Positions 54,203 through 64,000 of a stretch of 64,000 nucleotides of DNA are shown here, piece after piece. Positions within the stretch are counted from its first letter, which is position 1. Every line of letters begins with the position of its first letter. Made by a program: the position numbers and the translations under genes. Source of the stretch: Saccostrea cucullata (Eukaryota); contig NW_026918429.1 of NCBI RefSeq assembly GCF_032062105.1, forward strand, positions 372,001-436,000. Reading direction: 5' to 3'. The notes under the pieces were generated by a model. It was not told where the DNA came from, ran no database searches, and worked only from the letters and a program-made list of their open reading frames with translations.

Positions 54203-55250
54203 TTTTTAGCTCACCTCAACGAAGTTGGGGGGAGCTTATGTGATACCCACGGCGTCGGCGTCCCAGGTTAAGGTTAAGTTTTTTGGAGCAGTTTTCTTTT
54301 TAATTACTTCTGTGTCCTATACTGATTAGACATGCATGGAAGATGGTTTTAGTGTGTTTTATTGTACCAGACAAAGTTTCAGATGCTGCAATTTCAGCAA
54401 AGGAATTACATGTACCAGGTTAATGTTTTTGGAAAGATTAACAGTCACATTTTACATGTATATATTGACCAAACTTGCATGGATGATATCTAAGGATGCA
54501 AAATTTTACACAATGCATGGTGTGAACATTTAAAGTTTTTTAAACAGTTCTCATTTAGATGTAACTATAAGAATGTTGATAAACTTGCATGGATGATACT
54601 TGTTTTATACGTAATAACTCTCCTACATTTTCCAGTTGAGTGAACAGGTTAAAATTTTGTGCTAAAAATAAGCCCTATGTTGACCAAACTTGCATGGATG
54701 TAATACAATAAATACTAATAAAACAAATGGGGTGCAGGTTTAACAAGTAACTTTAAGCCCTATGTTGACCAAACTTGCATGGATGATACAAGAGGATGCA
54801 CACTACCAGGCTTGCTTTTGGTATAAAATTACATTGTTAAAAGCAGGTTTCATTTCCAAGGAAATATGAGTTCTTTAATGACCAATCTTGCATAGATGAT
54901 ACATCTAAGGATGTCAACAGGCTTGTCGGATGCTGAATCTGACCTACTTTTTGTGGATGAGTGAAAATGTTAGTTTTGATGCATGTTTCATTTCCAATAA
55001 ACTATGAGCCCTATAAACAAACTTGCATGGATGATACAATAGGATGCACACTAATGGACTTGGGGGTGCTGAATTGGACATACATTTTTCAGATAATAAA
55101 CAAGGTAAAAAGCAGGTCTATTACCAAAAACTATAAGGCTTATATAACATTGTATAAACCAAACTTGCACAAATGCTGCATCAAGAGATGAAAACTCTCA
55201 AATTTGCTTCAGATCCTGGATTTTATTACATTTTCATGAAGAAGAAGTAG
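54203..55250. mobile_element. Helentron-like element with degenerate internal tandem repeats
   Basis: Starts 'tttttagctcacctcaacgaagttggggggagctt...ggcgtcggcgtcc'. The motif 'ttgaccaaacttgcatggatgata' recurs about 6 times. Confidence 0.6.
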
Positions 55251-55804
55251 TATAAATTTTTTATGTAAGGTCTATTTCAAAGTATCAGATCAAAATTGCT
55301 TTTAAAAATATTTTCATTTTTGGAAAACTTTTTGTTGGTTAATTGTGTGACTTTGCCTTACTTAAAGACAACATTCATTTATTAATCTCTGATTACCTAT
55401 GTTTATAATTGTATAGGCGAAAGCATTATAAGAAACAAGAGGCCTCGCTCTTGTGTTGTACATGTATACCATATTTTTTTTAATGCACTGCTGCTTTAAT
55501 TTTGAAAAAAAACTAACAAAAATATTAAAGTTGCAAAAATTTGGATAAATTGCATATTATTAAAAATAGTACTGTAATGAATATTTTAAGAGTAAAAAAA
55601 TTTAATAATTGTAAATTGGTTCCTTGTGGTTTCACTTGTGGTTTATTTGCATGGTTTCCTTGTGGAAGTGGTTAAATTGTGGTTCCTTGTGGTTCAATTA
55701 TTAAAACTGTAATGATGATTTTATGAGTTTGTACAAGAAAACATTTTTCATTTGATATATATCATTTAGTAAGACAAAAGTATTTCGAAAAAAAAAAAAA
55801 ATCG

Positions 55805-55875
55805 GATTTTCCGGGATGCGAACCCTGGCCCCCTCACATGTGAAGCGAGAGACATACCAATAGACCATGGAGCCT
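55805..55875 (-). pseudogene. tRNA-derived (Val-CAC-like) pseudogene or SINE head
   Basis: The reverse complement has A-box TGGTCTATTGG, an anticodon arm CTCGC-TTCACAT-GTGAG and B-box GGTTCGCATCC. The acceptor stem is poor. Confidence 0.45.
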
Positions 55876-56249
55876 CTTTAGCATGGCGAAAATTATACAC
55901 AAAGATTAAGTCACATACATGTATATATTCACGTTCAATATATTGTCAAAATTTTACACAATGCATGGTGTCTAATTTATCCTTTATTAAACAGTTCTAA
56001 TAGATGTAATAAGAATATAAAGTCCGCCGAGAACTTGTTTTATACGTAATAACTCTCCTCATGCCCCTGTGCTAAAAATAGCGACATGTAATACAATAAA
56101 TACTAATAAAACAAATGGGGTGGGACACTTTGAGAGGGGTGAGAGAGGTCCTAGGGACTTTTGGTATAAAATTACATTGCAAAAGCTCAAAATCCTCTTT
56201 AAATATTGCCCGAAAACGATAGTGTTACACACAAACAGAATGTATACAT

Positions 56250-56615
56250 TTAAGACCTCGAACTTTGACCTTTTGACCTCAAAATCAAGAGGGGTCTTCC
56301 TTAAGCCACAGGGAGTTGTTATGTAAAATTTCATTGCAAAAGCTCAAAGGGTTCTTGAGATATCGCGCGGAAACGAAAGTGTTATAACAGAGAGAATTTG
56401 CAAATTTATGACCTTGACCTTTGATCTTTTGACCTCAAAATCTATAGGGGTCCTCTTTAGTCCATAGGGAGTTGCTATGCAAAATTTCATTGCAAAAGCT
56501 CAAAGGGTTCTCGAGATATCGTGTGGAAATGAAAGCGTTACAGACAGACAGAAAGACGGACGGATGGAGGGACAGACCCAAATTAATATCCCCCACTTTT
56601 CAAGCGGGGGACAAT
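56250..56615 (+). mobile_element. CvA/pearl-like (Helentron-associated) element
   Basis: Two ~157-bp core repeats (56272, 56429), then an ACAG/ACGG microsatellite and the terminal hairpin 'cccccacttttcaagcggggg'. Confidence 0.7.
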
Positions 56616-57370
56616 ATAAAATTTATATAGCGCTCTATCGATTTGAGTCCTCTAAAGCGCTTTACAATTAAAATATATAAAAAGATAGTAATTGAAAATA
56701 CATATAATCATATAATATAATACATACATGTACATAAAAGTAGTCAAGATGTCACTGTCTAATTATAAAACCATATTTATATTTAAAAGAGAATCACAGA
56801 TTATAGGCTAGCTTAAAAAGGTGTGTTTTAAGATCCTTTTTAAAACAAGTCAGTGAAGCACATTCTCTAAGCTTAAAAGGCAGTGAGTTCCAGAGACTAG
56901 ATGCGGCCTTGTCTAAACGACAGTCTCCATATGTTTTAGTGCGTGTCCGAGGTACCTAGAGAAGATGTGCGGATTCTGAACGCAGTGATCATGGCGGGTT
57001 GTAAACAGTTATGATATCTCTCATGTAGACTGGAGATAGGCTGCGAAGGGATTTGAAAGTGTACAGAAGGATTTTATATTGGATTCTGTATTCAACTGGG
57101 AGCCAATGAAGATGGATTAGAGTTGGAGTTATATGATCGGATCTTTTGGAGTGTGTAATTAGTCTTGCAGCAGAATTTTGCACTCTCTGAAGTTTGGCGA
57201 TGTGGTGGGAAGGAACGTCGTATAGCAATTCATTGCCGTAATCTAGTTTAGATGTTACTAAGGAATTAACTAGTCTAGAGCTTTACATGCTTCGTCACTA
57301 ATATAGGAACGGATGCGACCAATTCTGCGAATGTTCATATATGCCGAACGTGAAACTGAGAAACTGGCAT
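56615..57370 (-). mobile_element. 5'-truncated, decayed L2/CR1-clade LINE (ORF2 C-terminus plus 3' UTR)
   Basis: ORF 56989-57228 reads KLQRVQNSAARLI..KRSDHITPTLIHLHWLPVEYRIQYKILLYTFKSL, the typical post-RT motif. The 3' end carries the stem-loop 'gtaaagcgct...agcgctatataaat'. Confidence 0.88.
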
Positions 57371-57944
57371 GCTGAAAAAATAACACATTTGAGAAAAAAG
57401 TGTGATAAAATAGCTTAATCAAGCTATTCTTAATAGCTTAATAAAGTTATTTATTATACCTCTACTGTAATTACTCTATATAAAATTAATACCATAAAAC
57501 TATTTCCCCGAGAAGAGACTATTTTCATCATCTGAAGAGTGAAGACTACTCCCTGGAAAATCAGAGCTACTCCCTGGGACTACTCCCTCATGAATATTTA
57601 TTAGTAATTTTAACCAATCAAAGTGTTCAGTGGGCGAAGCATTAAAGGAATCTCGAGTCTGTGATGTCATGTTATTAGCAATGTAACTATGACGTCAAAA
57701 CATGTGATGTCAAAATCATACTTGAATTCTAGCAAAATGAAGACAACAATAATTCTTCAAAATGTCAATGAAAATACTTTTTAAAAATAATTTAATTGTT
57801 TAAGGACACTATGCATTACTTATCATACAATCTGTTAAACCGTGTGCATTTGTAATCATTATGCCTCAACAGTGTTTCTTTTAAATGTTGGAATGTCTGG
57901 TAAAAAAAAAATTAAATCGCCTATGATTGTTTCGGTATAATGAA

Positions 57945-58098
57945 ACAGTTATGGAATGTGAACTCAAGAAATAGCAAATTTATGGTTCCTCTCGGCAGGA
58001 AACTATTTCTTTCGGTGGCGAAGCCGCCGAGGGAAATAGTTTCCTCCCTCGGGGAACTATAAATTTGCTATTTCCCTCGTACCCATTCCATAACTGTA
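57945..58098. repeat. ~150-bp fold-back element centred on GCGAAGC
   Basis: Arms 'acagttatggaatg..aatagcaaattta..gaaactattt' and 'aaatagtttc..taaatttgctatt..cattccataactgt'. Confidence 0.75.
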
Positions 58099-58726
58099 TA
58101 ATAGCTAAATCAAAAGATTGTACCAGACCTGTTATTGGGATGTAAAGCTCCCAACAGACTAAATGTCCAGTATACTGTACAATCACTTATCAGTACATTT
58201 ACTGCTTTAGCTACAGTAGCTGAGTAGAGTTCTTGAAATATTTTTTTCACTGTCAGTCATTTGGATTGACTGCCATGTGAAGTTGATCAGTCCAGACAGA
58301 TTTCTATCAGTCCCAAAAAATTCAATAAAAAGATGAAAACTTTGTTTGATTTGATTATCAATACATTGTGCACCCTGTTTCAATAAACACTGCACACTTC
58401 ATGCTGATTTGATCGTCAATTTTCTTTGAATTATCTCGGGGGTCGATTTTCTTCATAGGTTTTTAATCTAGTTTGATTTTCTCACTTGGCTTACCGTAGC
58501 ACCGTCAACAAACCTGTTTTATCAGTTTACCAATCATAGTTTGACACTTGCGTTCATCGAAGAAGCCATTACAAGATTGCAGAAAAGAGTTTGAAAGATT
58601 ACGATCGGACGTTATAGGGAATTTGTACGAAATTTTGTCAGATTTTCGCAAGTTCCTCTGTCAACATTTACCGGTCATTTTGACTGACACAGAACGCAAA
58701 ATAATCGGTCTTTGGTTGATTTTATC

Positions 58727-58758
<32 letters not shown>

Positions 58759-58832
58759 ACTCTGCTGGGCTTTATTTACCTACTAATTCATATACTACAT
58801 GGTGGTAATTTAGCACAGCATGAACAGGTGAA

Positions 58833-59747
58833 CAAGTCCAGTCCAAAGACTATTTCTACCTATGTAGCTACTCATAGCTACGTCCATATCTTTCTTACAG
58901 AGGGACATTAAAGTAGCTATTTTTACCTACTTTTGCTTTCATGCATTAAGGGTGTGTCATGACCAAACCAGGAAGGTCATTTGGTGGCACAGTTCATACA
59001 GTCACACTGATGATGGATAGGACAAAAATTTGGCCAAAAAATGATTATTTTGTATATTATCAATTTTGCATACAAACTTATGTAAAATTGATAAACTTGG
59101 TATGTAATCATTTTTTCACACAAAGATTGCCCATGACATCATTAGTGTGTGTATGAAAATATGGTATTCAACCATGTTACGCTGTTCAAGGTCACTGGAA
59201 GCAAAATTTTCAAAAATCATGTTTGATACAGAAAGTAGGTAAAAACAGGTACTTTGGGTAGGTTTAAATACCTAACGTAGCTATTAATACTGAGCATCGC
59301 AAAGCGACACTTGTAACTGCGAGCTCTAACGACAACGCCTGGGCGAAGAGAAAATTTGGACTACTGCACATTCATTCCATAGAATTTTTTCCGCAGTAAT
59401 TTTGACCCACAATGCATCGCTTCGTACACAAACGCTAAAGCCATGTTCTCGCGAGAATAACGACAAAAGTTAAAAGAAAAATAAACTTGTCTTGATTTAA
59501 TGAATTTTTCTGTTTATTGCAGAAAAATAATCATAAACTGATTGAAATCAGCCCTGTTCACATGGTTCAGGCTTCGGCAACATGCAAACGACGTCATGTG
59601 ACGTCATAGTCTTATACACACCAAATTCACGAGCGGTTTGACGAGTCCGATTTAAATGAAAACTGGGTAAGTACCTGCGCTCGCCCTAACGGTCGCACCG
59701 TCAACATATTAGCTACGCAGGTAGAAATAGTCTTTGGACTGGACCTG
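58833..59747. mobile_element. Non-autonomous DNA transposon with 5-bp TSD
   Basis: A ~38-bp TIR CA(A/G)GTCCAGTCCAAAGACTATTTCTACCT..GTAGCTA, with GTGAA duplicated at 58828-58832 and 59748-59752. Confidence 0.85.
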
Positions 59748-59980
59748 GTGAAGTAACCAATTAACCATATATCATTAATCAGAAAAATTAAAATTAATAA
59801 GGGAGTAAAAGGTAGTTAATTTTAGATATTAGCATAATGGGATATGAAGTATTATGGTCAAAGCATAAAACATAAAACCATAATGCTCAGTTCTGCATCT
59901 ATATATTGAGATACATTAGGACTGTATCACTAGGTGCATCTTATTTCACCATGTATTATAATTATATTTTCTTCAAATAG

Positions 59981-60270
59981 ACAAAGGGAAGTACAAGCTA
60001 GAAAATGGACATTTGTTAGAGATTGGGAAAATGAACCAACATCATCTGAGGAAGACTTTAGAACTAGGGTAAGGTGTATTGATTCCACCTTTCATTCTCT
60101 GCTGAAAAGTGTACAATAGTGGTAATCCTTGAATACCCAAATGACAGCTATAAATGAGTAAGAGAACATGAGTTTGGGATATAAAAAAAAATTGGAAGAT
60201 TTTCTACTGGTATCCATAATATACGATAGAAGGTAGTTGACAAATCATTGCTGAGATCCAAGAAAAAATG

Positions 60271-60302
<32 letters not shown>

Positions 60303-61570
60303 GCTGTACAGCTGTTGTCTAATTGTGTGGATATGGAGTATGGGTCAGAAGTCTTGAGTAGAAATATAATAGTCATAATTGTAGGAGAAACATTTTGTCA
60401 ATTTGTCATGCACATGCTAATATGCTAGTTCTATTATGTATGTTCAAGTATTAATAAAATCCCTTTATTTTATTTTCCTTCTCTAGATAAGTCCCCGTGC
60501 TGAGATTATAACGTCACCAAGACCAGAGGTGATCCATCTTCCTGGAGGAAGACAAGTTATCAGAGGAAGTCCAGTACCAGTGCTCATGAACACAAGTAAT
60601 TTATTTGAAGAATTCAGTACTAAATGTATAAACAATTTTAGATTGCTTATCAGGTTTAATCTGAAATTGTCCATTGATAACTTAATAACTTGCAGGGATG
60701 ACTTGCTTGTCTTGAAACTGGGCGAAGAGAAAATTTGGACAACTGCACATTCATTCCATAGAATTTTTTCCGCAGTAAGAAGAAAAGACCATAGCTACTA
60801 AAAACTCTGCTATGAATTTATTATAACATGGTATAAACTGAGTTAATGTTGCAGGTTCATCTCAACATTATTCATCTCCCAGAAAATCTCAGCTCCATCA
60901 GCAGCAGGTCTCAATCCCTAGAGTGGATCTTCACAGCCCAGATTATCTCCAGGATTCACAACACTACAACAGCTCATACCACCAGAGCAAGAAAGACAAC
61001 TCTGGTGAAGAGAGTGGAGAGTCACCAGCAGATGATGAAAGTACACAAAACAATCCAAGCTCTAACAGTGAGATTCTGTTTGAATCCAATGCTGGGGACT
61101 CAAGACTGTCAAGTTCTGTCTTCGCTAATCAATCAAGTGAAGTAAAAGAGGGAGACAACTTAGTCAATTCAAGGGAACTAAGTCAACTTCACCAGAAAGA
61201 ACAAGAGGTAGCTGATTGTCAGGACATTTCTAATAGAAGTAAAAAACTTATCATTTCCCCAAACGGAAGAAAAAGTACCAAAAATAATAACAGTTCACAA
61301 GTTCAGGACAAATCAGAGCCAAGTAATCAAAAGAGACTTGTGTCAGTTAGGAGACAAAATGTAACAAGAACAGACACTTCATGTGTACAGAGCAGTGAAG
61401 TAGTGGCAGGAAAGAGTCCATCTCCAAGAAAGAGAAGGGCACAGGACAGAAGTAATGAGAGAAATGAAGTCCAGGGTTCAGTACAGAAACAGTTAACCTT
61501 GAATCCAGTTAAGAAAAAGAAACAGGATACAGAAGAAATATCAGAGACATTAGGACAGTCGGCCATTCAG
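59981..61570 (+). CDS. Internal exons of an unidentified gene encoding a Ser-rich disordered, probably nuclear protein. Exons: 59981-60068, 60487-60595, 60855-61570
   Basis: Phase-compatible GT-AG junctions give ..QREVQARKWTFVRDWENEPTSSEEDFRTR|ISPRAEIITSPRPEV..|SSSQHYSSPRK... It has many SP sites and basic clusters (SPRKRR, PVKKKK), and it continues beyond 61570. Confidence 0.65.
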
Positions 61571-63317
61571 GTTTGTCTCTCTGTGTACTACATTATAATG
61601 AATGATGGTAGTTTCCTTGAATGAATTCTGGATATCTTTGTCTTTATGTTACCTTATAAAAAAAACTTTGCCTAAGCAAAAAAATGAAGAAAAAAATCAG
61701 ATGAGCTTTTCTGATTGGGCTTTGAATAGTATGAAACCGTATGCAATAGTATATTTGTCCTGCTAGTATGTAAAGTTTTAACATTATATCAACTTCTCTA
61801 AAACTGAAGTTGAACCACTGGAAAAGTTTCCACAAGACCTTAAGTGCTTTAATATGGAGTAGCCTTTAAGGAGAGCTGATGCACTAACTAAAACTGTAAA
61901 ATCAGTAACATGGTCACACTTGCAGTAGAATAAAGTTTAGGGTAGGGTGGTGTAATTTCGACCAATTATTTTTTTATACTTAAGATTTGTTAAAGCATGT
62001 CACTGTTATGTTATTTTACAACTTTTACTGGATCCTTTTTCCTTCGAAATACCTTCTATCTTTCAGATTACTTTGATTTTATATATAATTATTGGTCATC
62101 ATATAAAATAAATGCATTCAATTTACGAAATATGTGTGTTAGATAACTTCGACCGCACACGGGGTTATTTCGACCGATGGGGCAATATAAAGGAAATAAC
62201 TGGCGTCAGCTCTACTATAGTAAAAAGAAATATGAATTTAAATTTTTCTGCTGTGGAGCATAAAAGATTTAGTAAAAATACTGACAAAAAGATGGCAATT
62301 TTCAAAATGTATCTAATTCAAAGACATCGCGTGTACAAATGTACACGTACAGGCATCTAAACCGCATGTAAAGAAAAGAAATGATTTTTCACTATTGTAG
62401 AACTAGTTTCTACCGAGTATTCATGTACACAATACTTATCCTAATTTTTTTTACGGACAGTCATGAATTCTTTCTGGTAACAGATAGTATTGCATCATTT
62501 TTTTTTTTGGTCAAAGTTACCCACTGATGCCGTATTCATGTATGGATAACTTCGGTCGATTTCTGTTCAGCTGATTTGCAATTTAATTTGTAAAAACTAA
62601 ATACTATAAAGGATCACTTCATTATAAATAGGAATTTGACATATAGGACCGGGATTGGTTTTTTTCTCTACAAAAACCTTGTCGATTTCCGTTCTGATTA
62701 ATGGCATTAGGCTGAACACATATAACAATTTGTTTTTCCTAAATCTTTTTTCAGCGAGTAGAGGTATGGGGAACCCTTTCATTGATTTCCTGAGTTTGTT
62801 ATCTCAAAATGTAATAATTGATATTTGTCATAACTTCTCAATAAGCATAATGGTAGTGTTTACTGCCTCTGAAATTCTATTCTTTATGTTTAGGCAATTT
62901 TATCCCTGAATGTAGTAAAACATTCCATTAATGTATGCAAATTATATAGGCCTAAATCAAATCCGAGGGAGTACAGTTACTGATATGTATGTAGCCAAAA
63001 TCAATGTTATTAAATCCTAAGGAATATATACAATTGACATTCATCGCAGCTCAATGCTGCCAAATGTACCTGTATTAAGTAACACAGAGTGAGTTATTCT
63101 TGTCCTCGGAGAAAGTGTGCTTAGGCCTTATACTGAGGTTTGCTCCACCTGACTGACAACTGTACATTGGATTTTCATGATTTGATATCTCTTTCGTGTT
63201 TCTTATATCAAGATGGGCATGCATAAAGGATATATAATTGAAGGAAAATACACAAGGCTATAAAAAAAATATAAAATTGGCTTTGAAAAGTCGAAAATTT
63301 AAAAATTTAAAAGTGTG

Positions 63318-63400
63318 GTACCAGGTGGATTCGAACCCCCGACTTTAAAATGTTAGTGTGCACACTGTAATATAGTCAGCATATATATCAACTGACCTAG
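63318..63400 (-). pseudogene. Degenerate tRNA-like sequence within a repeat
   Basis: The reverse complement has an A-box-like TAGGTCAGTTGA, B-box GGTTCGAATCC and a terminal CCA. The middle is too long and does not pair. Confidence 0.35.
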
Positions 63401-64000
63401 TCTGACTATACGATTTACCGGTATAAATTTGAAGCAGATTATCAAAATCAGGTTTCCTTATTTTTTGCTGGTTTTTTGTGAATTTCACCCCTAAAAAAAT
63501 CCCATCTTTAATTAATCCTTACATCCAAACCTATCCAAATATCACAATTTCATTTTGTCCACCTGCTAGTACATGTAGGCCAAAATTCATGCAAAAATCA
63601 AACTTTCTCTACAAAATGGTGTTGAGGCCAACTTTGGAGGTGTATTGTAAAGTTATAAATAATAAATTTTAGGTATAAAATACAAATTTGAAAAATTAGA
63701 CATACCGTTAATCATTAATTAAAACCGCCCCGGGCACATACAAAATTGCAGTAGAAAAAGGGGCGGTCATGTTTTTATAAGATGTTAAAATTTTGTTTTA
63801 ATAAATGTCATATTTTAACTTACAATCTTATTGAAAAAAAAAACAAATAACAGAGTAAAAACATGGCTGTCCTTCCTTTAAATTACAATATGCTATATAT
63901 TAATTTTCCCACTTGGCATTAGGGAATCGACAAGGAGAAAATTTTTGTAGAATTTTTTTTAACTTTCATCAGAAATACATGATTAGGTCGTTCTAAAAAT

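Noticed and set aside
52720-55700. Inverted clusters of ACCACA/TGTGGT (RUNX-like) sites
   Set aside because: Their inverted arrangement around nested repeats points to decayed transposon subterminal repeats, not an enhancer.
55805-63400. Functional tRNA genes at about 55.8 and 63.3 kb
   Set aside because: The cloverleaves are incomplete, so both are kept only as tRNA-derived remnants.

Overview
AT-rich eukaryotic genomic DNA with GT-AG introns. It is probably a bivalve: a ~168-bp Cg170-like satellite and CvA/Helentron-like repeats suggest a Crassostrea/Magallana oyster, which is an inference. Left (1831-14867, +) is the 5'-truncated part of a large gene I spliced by hand, encoding a calponin-homology (CH) domain, long Ser/Pro/Arg-rich disordered regions and a coiled coil. 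The centre (17.6-47.0 kb) is the main finding: six paralogous secreted-protein genes, four on - (A-D) and two on + (E, F), diverging from the D/E interval. The ORF track does not show them as a family, because their only shared part is a ~75-85 aa 12-Cys module split over 2-3 small exons with conserved intron phases (2, 1, 0). In each gene a large exon 1 carries a signal peptide plus a different low-complexity region: Pro/Arg, Arg/His plus acidic, poly-His/Lys/Thr-mucin, GFNGQP elastomer-like, or 16 x 16-aa Asn repeats. The pattern suggests a modular set of extracellular material proteins (shell, adhesive or mucus). Right (47.5-64 kb) are an NRF1-type promoter, a dense field of nested non-autonomous DNA transposons, an L2/CR1 LINE remnant, and three exons of another unidentified gene.
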